A stretch of 64,000 nt of DNA from Candidatus Moraniibacteriota bacterium (GCA_046116545.1 CP175956.1:769734-833733), one strand, 5' to 3'. Shown: positions 9,896-20,885, numbered from the stretch's first letter. Notes: generated by a model from the letters alone, not told the origin. Translations and numbers: made by a program.

Positions 9896-10675
9896 ATGAA
9901 CGAATTTGATATGAACTTAAATTTTCAATTTTTACAAAACAAAGAAATCTCAAATGTTTTAAAAGAAGTTTTAAAATTATCTCCTAAAAATTCAGAATTG
10001 TACTTAATTGGAGGAAGTGTTAGAAATGCATTATTTCATACTTTTTTTAATACTTATTTACCTCAAAGAGATTTTGATTTAGTTTTTTTTGGTGACAGAA
10101 AAGAATTTGAGAATAATTTATTAAATAATTCTTATGAAGAAGGATCTTCTTTTTCAAAAGAACAAAAAGTTTTTTTGAAAAAATTAAATGATAATTCTTA
10201 TTTAACTTTTGATGAATTAGTTTTAGATATTCATTTTTTAGAAAAACAAGATTTAATTAAGATGCTTGAAGAAAATGTTAATTTCAGATTTCAGGGAACA
10301 ACAATTAAATTAGATTATATTTTTGAAAAAAATTGGTTTGAAAAAATAATTTCAATTAATTCTGCAATCGAGGATATAAAAAATAAGAAAATTGTATTAA
10401 ATAAAAAAAAGGTAAAGATTCATGATACAACTTTTTATGCAATGCTTAGATTTAATTCTTTTGGATTTTCTTTACCTCCAAAGGAAGATATTGAACTTTT
10501 ATTAATTGAATTAAAAAATGTTTCAAAAGAAAGGGTGAAAATTAGTGAAAATAAAGTCATTGGGTCAATTGGTAATAAAGAAAAATTGAACAAAATATTA
10601 AAAAAGATTGATTTGGAAGGAGATATATTTTCATATGAAGGTATTCAAAATAATAAAATAAAAATAAGGAGATGA
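9896..10675 (+). CDS. Pol-beta-superfamily nucleotidyltransferase (poly(A) polymerase/CCA-enzyme head-domain-like)
   Basis: LIGGSVRNALFHTFFNTYLPQRDFDLVFFGD matches the GG(A/S)VRD...DxD head-domain motif. At 259 aa it is too short for a full CCA-adding enzyme. Confidence 0.5.
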   Translation: MNEFDMNLNFQFLQNKEISNVLKEVLKLSPKNSELYLIGGSVRNALFHTFFNTYLPQRDFDLVFFGDRKEFENNLLNNSYEEGSSFSKEQKVFLKKLNDNSYLTFDELVLDIHFLEKQDLIKMLEENVNFRFQGTTIKLDYIFEKNWFEKIISINSAIEDIKNKKIVLNKKKVKIHDTTFYAMLRFNSFGFSLPPKEDIELLLIELKNVSKERVKISENKVIGSIGNKEKLNKILKKIDLEGDIFSYEGIQNNKIKIRR

Positions 10676-10723
10676 TTTCAAAGTATAAAAAAACTCGCCC
10701 TTTTAATTAGTATATCTTATATT

Positions 10724-11266
10724 ATGAATGAAGTTGAAGTGAAAGCAAAAGTTTCAAATTTTACAGAAATTCAATCCAAACTAGTAAAACTAGGTTGTAC
10801 TTTTTCTGAACCACTAATTCAAAAAGATCGAATTTATCTTCCTAATGGAATAGAGTTTCCTGACAAAACAAAAGGAACCCTGTTTCTTAGAATCCGAAAT
10901 TCCAATGGCAAAAATATTCTTACACTTAAAAAACAATTAGATACTGAATTTGAATGTATTGAACATGAACTTATCATTGATAATCCTGAACAAGCAAACG
11001 AAATGGCAATGTTACTAGGTTTTCATGAAGTTTTATATGTATCAAAAAAAAGAATTACATGTAAATATAATGATATGGAAATTTGCTTTGATGAAATAGA
11101 TGAACTAGGATCATTTATCGAAGTAGAAAAAATGACTTCTGACACAGAAACTAAACAAATTATGAAAGATTTATTTGCATTTCTAGAAACACTGGGAATA
11201 AAAAAGGAAGACCAAATCTTCAAAGGATACGCCACACTGATTTATGAATTACATAACAGCAATTAA
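10724..11266 (+). CDS. CYTH-domain protein (class IV adenylate cyclase / triphosphate tunnel metalloenzyme family)
   Basis: EVEVKAKV at the N-terminus, LRIR, LTLK, EHE, and GSFIEVE, which are typical CYTH acidic/basic beta-strand motifs. Confidence 0.6.
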   Translation: MNEVEVKAKVSNFTEIQSKLVKLGCTFSEPLIQKDRIYLPNGIEFPDKTKGTLFLRIRNSNGKNILTLKKQLDTEFECIEHELIIDNPEQANEMAMLLGFHEVLYVSKKRITCKYNDMEICFDEIDELGSFIEVEKMTSDTETKQIMKDLFAFLETLGIKKEDQIFKGYATLIYELHNSN

Positions 11267-11274
11267 TCACAATA

Positions 11275-13842
11275 TTAACATCTCTTTTTCAATTCAGATA
11301 ATTTATTTAAAGCCTCAATCGGTGTCATCTGATCTATAGATAAATCTTTCAACTCTTTTTCAATTTTACTACTTTGAGTTTTTGGTTTCTTTTCAAACTC
11401 ATCGTTAAATACTTTTTTCTCCAAATTATCCAAAATCTCTACTGCTCTATTGTTTACCAAATCTGGCACACCCGCTAATTTTGCTACTGCTATTGCATAA
11501 CTGTGTGAAGCTTTGCCAGGTCGCACCTTGTGAAGAAAAACTGGTTCACCATCATCTTTTTCCATTACTACCACTTCATAATTTTTGATTCGCTTGGGAA
11601 ACTTCTCTTCTAAAGTTTGTAACTCGTGATAATGTGTCGCAAACAAAGTTTTGGCATTTTTATTTTTGGTTGTAACTAAAAACTCAGCAATCGCCCACGC
11701 AATACTAATACCATCATAAGTACTAGTACCCCGACCAATCTCATCCATGATAATCAAACTTTTGTCAGTTGCATGATGCAAGATATGTGCTGTCTCAGTC
11801 ATCTCAACCATAAAAGTAGAAAGTCCAGAAGCAATGAAATCAGCTGCACCACTACGCACAAAAATTCTGTCTACCATACTAATCGTAGCCTCACTAGCAG
11901 GCACAAAACTTCCGACATGAGCTAGTAGTGTGATAACTGCAACTTGTCTCATGTATACAGACTTACCAGCCATATTTGGTCCAGTCAAAACCAAAAGCTG
12001 ATGATCCCCTGCATTCAACTTTGTATCGTTAGCGATAAACTGATCTGTACTATATTTTTCTACTACTGGATGACGCCCCTCCACTATATGTAATTCATCA
12101 TCACTACTCATAGTAGGACAAATATAGTTTTCCTGTTCAGCAAGCTCAGCAAAAGATCCCAAACAATCAACTGTCGACAAATCATGAGCCAAAGACTGAA
12201 CAAATTTTGTATACTTCAAAATTTCATCAACCAAATTCAAAAATAGATCATATTCTATTTTATTAATTCTCTCCTGGGCAACCAATACTTTTTGTTCGTA
12301 TTCTTTTAAATCAGGTGTGATATAACGCTCAGCACTTACCATTGTTTGCTTGCGAATATAATTAATCGGAACTAAATGCACATTAGCCTTGGTAACTTCG
12401 ATATAATAACCAAAAACTCTATTGTATCTTACTTTCAGAGAAGAAATACCCGTTTTCTCACGTTCTTGCTCTTCCATTTTGACAATCCAGTCCTTATTAC
12501 CAGTAACATTTTCTCGTAAATCGTCCAATTTGCCATGAAAACCAGTTTTTATCATACCACCCGATTTTATATCAAGCGGAGGATCATCTACAATTTGCTC
12601 ATTTATCAAACTAATAATTTTGTCTATTTGTTCACTAGCTGAAAATTGAAGTGCTGTTGCCTCAAACTGTTCAAGGTCACTTAGTACTGCTCGAGCATGT
12701 TCCAATGCCTCAGCTAAATTCTTGAGATCATATGCATTACCATTACCCATTGATAATCTAGCAATCAATCGCGGAATATCACAAATCTGCTTTAACTTCT
12801 CTCGAATTTCATTCCTCTGCGCCCTATTTGTGATCATTTCTCCAACAGCTTCATGACGCTCTTTGATTTTCTCAATATCAATAAGTGGTTTTTTCAAATA
12901 CTCGCGCAAAAGACGTCCACCCATAGCAGTCACGGTCTTATCAATCACCTCAACCAAAGTCCCTTTATCATCCCTAGTACGAAGAGTATCAAAAATCTCC
13001 AAATTTTGAATAGTAGAACGATCCAAAACTAAATATTCCTCAGGCCGATAATAATTCAAACTTTTCAAATGTGCTATTTTATCTTTTTGCGTCTCACGCA
13101 AATACCCAAGCAAACAAGCAATGGCCTCTACACAAGCTTCTTTATTATGCAGAGAAAAAACCTCCAGACTCGCAATCTTAAATTGCTCTTTCACTATTTC
13201 ATTTTTATCAACTGCATATTCATCCCACTCCACAAATGGATAAATATTCATCTCTGTCTCTACACAAATAGTTTTCAATACTTGAGGATTGTTATAATCC
13301 TTTTTATTCAAAATACACTCAGTCGCACCAAAACGAAGTAACTCCGTATTCAAAAGATGTACATTTTCCAAACTAGCATTCAAATCAGTCACAAACATAT
13401 CCCCTGTAGACAAGTCCACCGCTGCAATAGCAATTTTATTCTCTCGAAAAACTAAACTTATAATAAAATTATGTTTCTTTTTATCTAAATTTTTCTCATC
13501 CAAAATTGTTCCCGGAGTAATCACCCGCACAACTTCCCGATCAACAATCCCCTTACCTGTTGGCTCAGACATTTGCTCACAAATTGCCACCTTGTGTCCA
13601 GATTTCACCAACTTAGCAATATAAGCATCAGCTGCATGATGTGGCACTCCAGCCATAGGGATCTCTCCATCTTTACCCCGTGGTCTTTTGGTAAGGGTAA
13701 TCTCCAAAGCAGCCGCCCCAACCTTAGCATCCTCCAAAAACAATTCATAAAAGTCACCCAAACGAAAAAAGAGCAAACAATCCTGATATTGCTCCTTTAT
13801 CTCACTATACTGCTGCATCATCGGCGTATTAAACTTCTGCAT
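11275..13842 (-). CDS. mutS: DNA mismatch repair protein MutS
   Basis: 855 aa with Walker A GPNMAGKSVYMRQ and a MutS domain I N-terminus (MMQQY...RLGDFYELF). Confidence 0.92.
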   Translation of the reverse strand: MQKFNTPMMQQYSEIKEQYQDCLLFFRLGDFYELFLEDAKVGAAALEITLTKRPRGKDGEIPMAGVPHHAADAYIAKLVKSGHKVAICEQMSEPTGKGIVDREVVRVITPGTILDEKNLDKKKHNFIISLVFRENKIAIAAVDLSTGDMFVTDLNASLENVHLLNTELLRFGATECILNKKDYNNPQVLKTICVETEMNIYPFVEWDEYAVDKNEIVKEQFKIASLEVFSLHNKEACVEAIACLLGYLRETQKDKIAHLKSLNYYRPEEYLVLDRSTIQNLEIFDTLRTRDDKGTLVEVIDKTVTAMGGRLLREYLKKPLIDIEKIKERHEAVGEMITNRAQRNEIREKLKQICDIPRLIARLSMGNGNAYDLKNLAEALEHARAVLSDLEQFEATALQFSASEQIDKIISLINEQIVDDPPLDIKSGGMIKTGFHGKLDDLRENVTGNKDWIVKMEEQEREKTGISSLKVRYNRVFGYYIEVTKANVHLVPINYIRKQTMVSAERYITPDLKEYEQKVLVAQERINKIEYDLFLNLVDEILKYTKFVQSLAHDLSTVDCLGSFAELAEQENYICPTMSSDDELHIVEGRHPVVEKYSTDQFIANDTKLNAGDHQLLVLTGPNMAGKSVYMRQVAVITLLAHVGSFVPASEATISMVDRIFVRSGAADFIASGLSTFMVEMTETAHILHHATDKSLIIMDEIGRGTSTYDGISIAWAIAEFLVTTKNKNAKTLFATHYHELQTLEEKFPKRIKNYEVVVMEKDDGEPVFLHKVRPGKASHSYAIAVAKLAGVPDLVNNRAVEILDNLEKKVFNDEFEKKPKTQSSKIEKELKDLSIDQMTPIEALNKLSELKKRC

Positions 13843-13890
13843 TTCAATAATTTTTCAATTTATTTCACCTACCAATAATACCACAATTTT

Positions 13891-13965
13891 GTCATTCCCG
13901 TGAAGATGGGAATCTAGTTCTTTTTTGTTATCTTCTTTTTGAGTTATCCGGAAATTCCGGATAAC
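13891..13965. repeat. two adjacent small palindromes: GTCATTCCC-gtgaagat-GGGAATC and GTTATCCGGAA/TTCCGGATAAC
   Basis: Seen at 13891-13914 and 13943-13965. The first shares the GTCATTCC head with the REP-like family. They lie at the boundary between mutS and the R-M island. Confidence 0.5.
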
Positions 13966-14027
13966 TGAAATTTTTTCAATTCTTTTGAACTTGTAAGAAA
14001 TTCTTACAAATTACCTTTTCGTCCAAT

Positions 14028-16826
14028 TTACCACTCAAAAGTTTCTACAAAATTCTGTAGTGATACTTTTATACGTGTGATGATGCTTTCTGATTCCATG
14101 AGTGTTGGTTGCTCTGGTAATAATGCTACTATGTCATCACTAAGTGGCATTCTTTGTGTATACAAGTATTCATTGATAAGATTCTTCATCTTATCTGTAT
14201 CAATATTCTCTTCTTTTGCTATAGACTCTACATATTTCTTTTCCTCCTCTTGCCAATACTTTTCAAATTCTTTTTCTACATCATCAGCACTATCAATTTC
14301 AGGCAAATTATCTTGCATAAACTTCTCTATCAATTCTTTTTTCTTGTGTAATGCAATATCTGTATCAAATACACGCAAAATATCTGCAATTTTCTTTTCT
14401 CTTACAGCATCAGAAGTTACATCTTTAAGTGCAACGATAAGTCTCACAATATAATCAAAGTTAATTCTATCCCTACGAGTTAGTTCCAACTCAAAATCAA
14501 TTTCATCAATGATAGATACTTTATCTTTTCCTTCTTGCTGAGTTCTTATCTTATACATGTCTATATAAGCACTTTGATAATCATAGAATTCCTGTTCATC
14601 TAAATTTAAATCATCAAAAGTAAAATCTGTAAATGTCTCCAAAGATGATTTAATACGCAACAAGTTACGAAACTGTTTAATAAATGCCACTTGATCTTCT
14701 TCACTTTGCAGATTTCCCACACTCCCAGCATCTACTGCGATACTTCTGAGTAATTCTACATTTTCATTAAATTCTTGTTTTTGTTTTTCGTATGGCTTTT
14801 TAAATACTATTTCCTTAGCATTTTCATCTCCAAACAGTGCTAATGCTTTATCTGTATTTTCTTTGAGATTGCGAAAACAAACAATATTACCATGTGGCTT
14901 ATCTGAACCCAATATTCTATTTGTCCGTGAATAAGCTTGCACCAATCCATGATATTGCAAATTCTTATCTACAAAAAGCGTATTAAGTCGCACACTATCA
15001 AATCCTGTGAGAAACATATTCACCACCAAAAGTAAATCAATCTCTCCATCTTTTAACTTCCTTTGTACATCTTTGTGATAATCATAAAACTTATCTGTTG
15101 AAAAGTTTGTATCATAGAGCGTATTATAATCTCCAATACAATTTTCCAGAAAATCACGAGAGTGTTCATTGACTATATCACCACTGTCAACATATACATC
15201 ATGATCCAACAAATCATTTGTCTCATCCTCATTAGCGCGATATGTAAATATTGTTGCAATTTTTAGATTCTTGCTACTTTCTTTGTTTTTCTCTTGCAAA
15301 ATTGTATAATACTTGCGTGCTACTTCTGTATTTCCTACTGCAAAGATTGCATTGAACTTTCCATTCTTTGTCTTGGTATTATAATTTGCTAGTACGTAGT
15401 CAGAAATCTTACTCAATCTATCCTCATGCTCCAATACTTCCCTTGTATCAATATCCTCTACTTTGATATCAGCATCCACTACATCATCTTCTTTATATTT
15501 ATATCGTCCTACATACTCTACTGAAAACCCCAACACATTATTATCAGAAATTGCATTGGTAATAATGTATTTATGCAAACACTCATCAAATACATCTCTA
15601 GTTGTTACACCTCCTACATTATTTTGGGCAAATATTGGCGTACCTGTAAATCCAAACAACTGTGCTTTACCAAAACATGATTTGATAGCCTTGTGCGTTT
15701 TGCCAAACTGACTACGGTGACACTCATCAAATATGATTACAACTTTCTCATCACGTAATTCTTCTATTTGACTGACATAGCTCTCTCTAGCAATAATACG
15801 ATCTAGTTTTTGAATTGTTGTTACAATCAACTTTCTTTTTGGATCTTTTAATTGTTTTAACAAATTGCGTGTATTGTTCGTGCCGTCTACACTACCATCT
15901 GAAAAAGAATTAAATTCTCGTGTTGTTTGGATATCTAGGTCTTTCCTATCCACCACAAAAAGAACTTTTTTAATTTCTGGCATTTGTCCCAGCAATTGAC
16001 TCACTTTAAAAGATGTTAAGGTCTTACCTGACCCAGTTGTATGCCAAATGTAACCACCTTTTTCAGATTCATCTACACGCTTCATGATGTTGCGTACTGC
16101 ATAATACTGATACGGTCGCAAAATCATCGGGATCTTTGGCACTTCTGCCAGTACAATATACTCTGCAATCATTTGTGACACATTACACTTTTCCAAAAAT
16201 ACTTCTGCAAAATCTTCCAATTTACTGATCTTATGATTATTCTCATCAGTCCAAAAAAATGTTTGTTCAAATGGTTGTTTATGATTATTAGAAAAATACT
16301 TTGTATTTACACCATTGGAAATAACAAAAATCTGCACATATTCAAATAAACTCCCAGCAAAAGAATGTTTGTGATATCTTTGAATTTGATTAAATGCTTC
16401 TTTGAGCTCTACACCACGTTTCTTAAGTTCGATTTGCACAAGTGGCAGACCGTTTATAAGAAGAGTCACATCATAACGATTTTCATATTTCCCCACCTGC
16501 GTAATCTGATTTGTAACTTGATACTCATTTTTGCACCAGTGTGTCATGTTGAAAAACCGTACAGACAGAGAAGTCTCATCGTCTCTACTCAAACTAAACC
16601 GATCACGCAGCTTCTTTGCTTTTTCAAAAGTATTTCCCTTGTTGAGATGATTCATAATCCGCTCAAACTCCCTATCGGTAAAAGTAGTTTCATTAAACTT
16701 TTCCAGTTGCGTTTTGAGGTTTGCCTCAAGTTCATCCGTGCCTTTAATAGTAACAGGAGCAAATCCCAAATCACCAAGCTGTGCAATAAATTGATTTTCT
16801 AATTGTTGTTCTGTTTGATGTGTCAT
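14028..16826 (-). CDS. hsdR: Type I restriction enzyme R subunit
   Basis: 932 aa with an N-terminal nuclease-type region, the helicase motif I TGSGKT, and DEAD-like FDECHRSQ. Confidence 0.85.
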   Translation of the reverse strand: MTHQTEQQLENQFIAQLGDLGFAPVTIKGTDELEANLKTQLEKFNETTFTDREFERIMNHLNKGNTFEKAKKLRDRFSLSRDDETSLSVRFFNMTHWCKNEYQVTNQITQVGKYENRYDVTLLINGLPLVQIELKKRGVELKEAFNQIQRYHKHSFAGSLFEYVQIFVISNGVNTKYFSNNHKQPFEQTFFWTDENNHKISKLEDFAEVFLEKCNVSQMIAEYIVLAEVPKIPMILRPYQYYAVRNIMKRVDESEKGGYIWHTTGSGKTLTSFKVSQLLGQMPEIKKVLFVVDRKDLDIQTTREFNSFSDGSVDGTNNTRNLLKQLKDPKRKLIVTTIQKLDRIIARESYVSQIEELRDEKVVIIFDECHRSQFGKTHKAIKSCFGKAQLFGFTGTPIFAQNNVGGVTTRDVFDECLHKYIITNAISDNNVLGFSVEYVGRYKYKEDDVVDADIKVEDIDTREVLEHEDRLSKISDYVLANYNTKTKNGKFNAIFAVGNTEVARKYYTILQEKNKESSKNLKIATIFTYRANEDETNDLLDHDVYVDSGDIVNEHSRDFLENCIGDYNTLYDTNFSTDKFYDYHKDVQRKLKDGEIDLLLVVNMFLTGFDSVRLNTLFVDKNLQYHGLVQAYSRTNRILGSDKPHGNIVCFRNLKENTDKALALFGDENAKEIVFKKPYEKQKQEFNENVELLRSIAVDAGSVGNLQSEEDQVAFIKQFRNLLRIKSSLETFTDFTFDDLNLDEQEFYDYQSAYIDMYKIRTQQEGKDKVSIIDEIDFELELTRRDRINFDYIVRLIVALKDVTSDAVREKKIADILRVFDTDIALHKKKELIEKFMQDNLPEIDSADDVEKEFEKYWQEEEKKYVESIAKEENIDTDKMKNLINEYLYTQRMPLSDDIVALLPEQPTLMESESIITRIKVSLQNFVETFEW

Positions 16827-16838
16827 ATTGTTTTTTGA

Positions 16839-17789
16839 TTATTTCGTCTTACTAATATTTATTGAGTTACTATCATCAAGACTACCAATAAATGAAAATT
16901 TAATATTTAAAATTTCTGATATTTCATTAAATTCAGATAATATTTGATATATTCCATCTCCAAACTGATATTCTTCACTTTCTTTCACAATAAAATTGTC
17001 TCCAAAAATATCCACAGCCTCTTCTTGATCTATAACAAAACCATGATCTTTATATCCATAAACCAATCTAGTTGCTATATTTACTGGCTGTATTTTTAGT
17101 ATATTACTTTTTTTCATTAGCAACCTACTTGCGTATTGCACAGTAGACTCAGCTATTCTTTCATAATGACCGATTGAAATTGGTTTGACTGTCAAAGCAA
17201 GATATCGCGCAAACATTTCTGCAGAATCTTTATTTAAGGATACTAATTCCGCAATATGCTCAATTGAATTTTTCAATCCTAATGCTGGCACGCCCTTTAC
17301 TTGTGGATCTATCGGTCCTAATTCACTAAGTTTCCCCATATGAACTTTATCAGCAGCACAAGCTAATAATGTCGCTGCAGATTTTGCATATCTAGGGATA
17401 ACAACAATAAAATCATTCTCAGAGGAAAACTGCTGAAATAGCTTCCCTATCAAATATGCTGGACTAGGATAACCACCATTTGATGTTAATACCAAAATTA
17501 TTGGCTTATCCTTATCGATCCTTTCAAGGGTTTTATAAATTTTATCCGAATGCAGTGTGGATAAAGAATCATTATCATACAAAACAACAATATTATACTT
17601 TTTATATATTCTATCTCCTCCCATGCTTTGTTGAATATACGTCGTCAAATTATTAATAAATTTTTGTTTATTTATATTACTATCATCATCATGATAATCC
17701 AAAATTGACTTAAATATATCACCCGCCTCAACGGAAACTGATTTCGCAGATGCTTTCTTTGTGCCTTTCTTCGCTGTTTTTTTTGTCAT
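16839..17789 (-). CDS. SDH-family ClpP/crotonase-fold serine protease
   Basis: ILVLTSNGGYPSPAYLIGKLF and AKSAATLLACAADKVHMGKLSELGPIDPQ resemble the PF01972 (SDH_sah) pattern. It has a Lys-rich N-terminus. It sits inside the Type I R-M locus. Confidence 0.5.
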   Translation of the reverse strand: MTKKTAKKGTKKASAKSVSVEAGDIFKSILDYHDDDSNINKQKFINNLTTYIQQSMGGDRIYKKYNIVVLYDNDSLSTLHSDKIYKTLERIDKDKPIILVLTSNGGYPSPAYLIGKLFQQFSSENDFIVVIPRYAKSAATLLACAADKVHMGKLSELGPIDPQVKGVPALGLKNSIEHIAELVSLNKDSAEMFARYLALTVKPISIGHYERIAESTVQYASRLLMKKSNILKIQPVNIATRLVYGYKDHGFVIDQEEAVDIFGDNFIVKESEEYQFGDGIYQILSEFNEISEILNIKFSFIGSLDDSNSINISKTK

Positions 17790-17841
17790 ACCCTAACCAT
17801 AAATTAAACTGATTATACATTAAATCTCTAGAATTAAAACA

Positions 17842-18798
17842 CTAAAATTCACTATCAACCTCCATTGCCATATTCCTCAATTCTGCAAAAGAATTATCTA
17901 ATGATTCTACATAAATATCAAGATTGAATGAATCAACATTTTCATCCATTGATACCATCTTTTCTATTCTTTTTAATAACTCATCTACCTTTTTAACTTC
18001 TTCAACAATACCTGGAATACTAATTCTATGTTCACCTAGTTGTTCAATATTATATCGCATTCTAATACCATCTTTAAATTCTTCATATATTGAAATCAAC
18101 ATTTTAAAACAAGTTTTTGAATGTATTCTTTCACACTCAAAAGACCATAATTTTTGTATTAAATAACCAGATTGCGCAAGCTTACTTACTAAACTGTCAT
18201 TATTAAACTTTTTTTTATGCTTATTTTCAATTTCATTTATCCTTTTTATAATCCTATCAATTTCTGAACTCAATACATTAGATTGTTTATCAATTATTTC
18301 TATAATATTTACCTTTTTATTAACAAAATCATTATGCGACCATACTTGATATTCTAGAATATTTGTATTCTCAACTGTGCTTAACGATGTATATGTAATA
18401 TCTCCATCTCCATAGGAAATATCTTTACCTCTTTTTTTCTTTGTTTCAGACGGATGTCCAACTGTTTCATTTCTTATATTTCGTATTTCTTTTAATTCTG
18501 AAAAGTCTTCAAATTTTGGCACTTCAATATCAACAGATTCTTCTAGATGCACCATTGAATCCTGTTGTACAATTAGTGCCTGTAATATTCCATATATAGA
18601 TAATTTTGTAGGATGCTTTTGTTCTATATATTCTTCTATTGCTGACTGAGTATCTTGAATATTATCAAAAGCAGACCATAATTTATTCCAGTTGCCTTTA
18701 TCTTTCTTATTCCAAGCTCCCTGCTTACAACAAAAAGATGTATGAATAATCTTTTTTAATTCATCAATTTTTACTCTTAAATTATAATTAGAATCCAT
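17842..18798 (-). CDS. hypothetical protein embedded in the R-M locus
   Basis: 318 aa with no recognisable motif, lying between hsdS and hsdR. Confidence 0.4.
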   Translation of the reverse strand: MDSNYNLRVKIDELKKIIHTSFCCKQGAWNKKDKGNWNKLWSAFDNIQDTQSAIEEYIEQKHPTKLSIYGILQALIVQQDSMVHLEESVDIEVPKFEDFSELKEIRNIRNETVGHPSETKKKRGKDISYGDGDITYTSLSTVENTNILEYQVWSHNDFVNKKVNIIEIIDKQSNVLSSEIDRIIKRINEIENKHKKKFNNDSLVSKLAQSGYLIQKLWSFECERIHSKTCFKMLISIYEEFKDGIRMRYNIEQLGEHRISIPGIVEEVKKVDELLKRIEKMVSMDENVDSFNLDIYVESLDNSFAELRNMAMEVDSEF

Positions 18799-18871
18799 AA
18801 CATTTTTTTAAACAAACAACCTTTGCGTCAATCCTTTTTTCACCTCTTTACTTTGCTGATTTGATTTTGTT

Positions 18872-19057
18872 TTAACCCTTCTTCATCCCTTTTTCTAATT
18901 CTTGTATTAACCTACTATCTGGTGTATCTCCTAATTTAGGCTCATCAACATCAATATTAATGGGTTCCGTCTGTTCAATGTTATTTTCATTATTATCTCC
19001 ATCACTAATACCCTCTATTTGGCCATTATTAGAAACTTCTTTATTATCGGTACTCAT
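18872..19057 (-). CDS. small acidic hypothetical protein
   Basis: 61 aa, Asp/Glu/Asn-rich. Confidence 0.25.
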   Translation of the reverse strand: MSTDNKEVSNNGQIEGISDGDNNENNIEQTEPINIDVDEPKLGDTPDSRLIQELEKGMKKG

Positions 19058-19080
19058 ATAAAATATTGTTTATTAATAAA

Positions 19081-19608
19081 TTAATTTACACAAACTCTAA
19101 AAGTTGGGAAAAGTATAAAAATTATAATGCTCACATAAACAAGTAACATAATGCTAAATGCTATATTCATCCTAATTGCAATCTCTTCAAGCTTACTTCT
19201 ATTAAACTCCTCTGATTCTTTATAAGAATTAACTATTTCAATCTGTATACTTTTTATCATTTTACCTTCATCATACAATGCAATTAATCCGCTAACTGCA
19301 GGAGAGTCATGCTCTTTTCTTTTCCATAACCAAGCCAATATTGTAAATAAAATTATCAAAGCAAATTCCAAAATTAGTAATATCACTTGCTGTTCATTAT
19401 TTTTATTTAAAATATCAACCTGATACAAACCAGCGACTCCAGCAAATGTAAATCCAGTTGCAAGAAATAATAGTTCCGCCTTTTTTGATTGTCCTTGAAT
19501 TTCTTGTCTTCTATTATTATGCTTCTCTCTTGCTATTTCTAGTAAAAGATTTAACTTTTCTTTTTCATCTGTTGTACTTTCTGTAGTCATATTTTCATCA
19601 TTAAACAA
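19081..19608 (-). CDS. hypothetical membrane protein (2-3 predicted TM helices)
   Basis: Hydrophobic stretches LLFLATGFTFAGVAGLY, ILLILEFALIILFTILAWLW and IMLLVYVSIIIFILF. Its stop overlaps the hsdS start. Confidence 0.4.
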   Translation of the reverse strand: MFNDENMTTESTTDEKEKLNLLLEIAREKHNNRRQEIQGQSKKAELLFLATGFTFAGVAGLYQVDILNKNNEQQVILLILEFALIILFTILAWLWKRKEHDSPAVSGLIALYDEGKMIKSIQIEIVNSYKESEEFNRSKLEEIAIRMNIAFSIMLLVYVSIIIFILFPTFRVCVN

Positions 19609-20884
19609 ATAACTTCTGCATCAAGCCTTTTTTCCATTCCTTTACTCCTGTGATTTGATCTTGTTTTAATTGTATCACTTCATCAATAGAACTCAAGAAG
19701 TCTGCAATTTTTTGTTGCTCTAAAAATGATGGAAGATTTATTTTTAAAGTTTTCATATCGGAACCATAGACATGATAAACAGTAACACCAGAAACTAGTC
19801 TCATAATTTTTTTCTTATTAATATTAACCCAATACGCAAAAAAATTATTCAATACATCTTTGCCTCTAATAATAAGAATATCTCCGCCTAAAATAATATC
19901 TTTTTTACTCAAAGCGCTTGCTGTAGCTAAGCCATTTGGAGTTACATCGGATGTCGGCATTAAAATATCATTTTTTTCGCTTAAAAACATTTTTTCTTTC
20001 TCTAAATCAGTTTTTGAAATTATATTTGTTATAACCTCATTATATTTAATGAATAACTCACCATAATGAATACAAGCATTTTCACCATTGCTAATAATAT
20101 CATTTTTTGAAAGTCCCTTACCCTTCATAAAATTTGTAACATCTCCCAACCTCTTTTCCTCCCAATCAGCAAAAGCATTTCTATTCTCATCACGGAAGCG
20201 AATGTTTTGTGAGAAAATTTTTTGCATTATGCCTTTTTTGTATTTTTCCAATTCTTCTTTTTGTTTTTCCAAATTCGTAAGCCACTCATCCGCCTCACCC
20301 AAAAACCCCGCGATTTTTTGCTGCTCTGGAAGTATAGGCATTTTAATGGGCATTTTCATAAAATCAGACTGAATAATATTCATCCTGTCATGTCGCGCTC
20401 CATAATTGGCAATTCTGTACATGTGTCTATGCCATTTTTTAGTTTCAAAATATTTTTCTAAAAAAGACAAATCTCCTTGTTCTGGTTTTAAAACAGTATA
20501 CAACGGAGACATTACACCTTGTTTTAAATTATTTCTCTTTAATGGACCTACTGGAGCATACTTTGAAATTCGTGGATTATACACAAAATCATCAATATCA
20601 ACAATATAATAATTTGTTAAATTATTTTTATTTGCTATGTCTTTATCAAAGTAATCTCTTTGGCTGACAATGCCTTTTATTGCTGAATTAGTAAGAACAA
20701 AATCATATTCATCATTTAAATTTTTATTTGCATTCTTTTCAAAAACATCTTCCAACTCTTCCGCCTCCCAATCACCACTAAAACCACCAAACCGCAAAGT
20801 TGGCACATTTTTTTGTGCTTTTTTCTTTTTATTCCCCGCCAATGCCTGACAAGGTGTTTTTTTAATTTCTTTTGTCTGTGTCAT
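19601..20884 (-). CDS. hsdS: Type I R-M specificity subunit
   Basis: LRFGGFSGDWE and the central conserved ILPEQQKIAGFL repeat motif, with two target-recognition-domain-like halves. The track ORF begins at 20917, but MTQTK at 20884 is the likelier start. Confidence 0.7.
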   Translation of the reverse strand: MTQTKEIKKTPCQALAGNKKKKAQKNVPTLRFGGFSGDWEAEELEDVFEKNANKNLNDEYDFVLTNSAIKGIVSQRDYFDKDIANKNNLTNYYIVDIDDFVYNPRISKYAPVGPLKRNNLKQGVMSPLYTVLKPEQGDLSFLEKYFETKKWHRHMYRIANYGARHDRMNIIQSDFMKMPIKMPILPEQQKIAGFLGEADEWLTNLEKQKEELEKYKKGIMQKIFSQNIRFRDENRNAFADWEEKRLGDVTNFMKGKGLSKNDIISNGENACIHYGELFIKYNEVITNIISKTDLEKEKMFLSEKNDILMPTSDVTPNGLATASALSKKDIILGGDILIIRGKDVLNNFFAYWVNINKKKIMRLVSGVTVYHVYGSDMKTLKINLPSFLEQQKIADFLSSIDEVIQLKQDQITGVKEWKKGLMQKLFV

Positions 20885-20885
20885 A

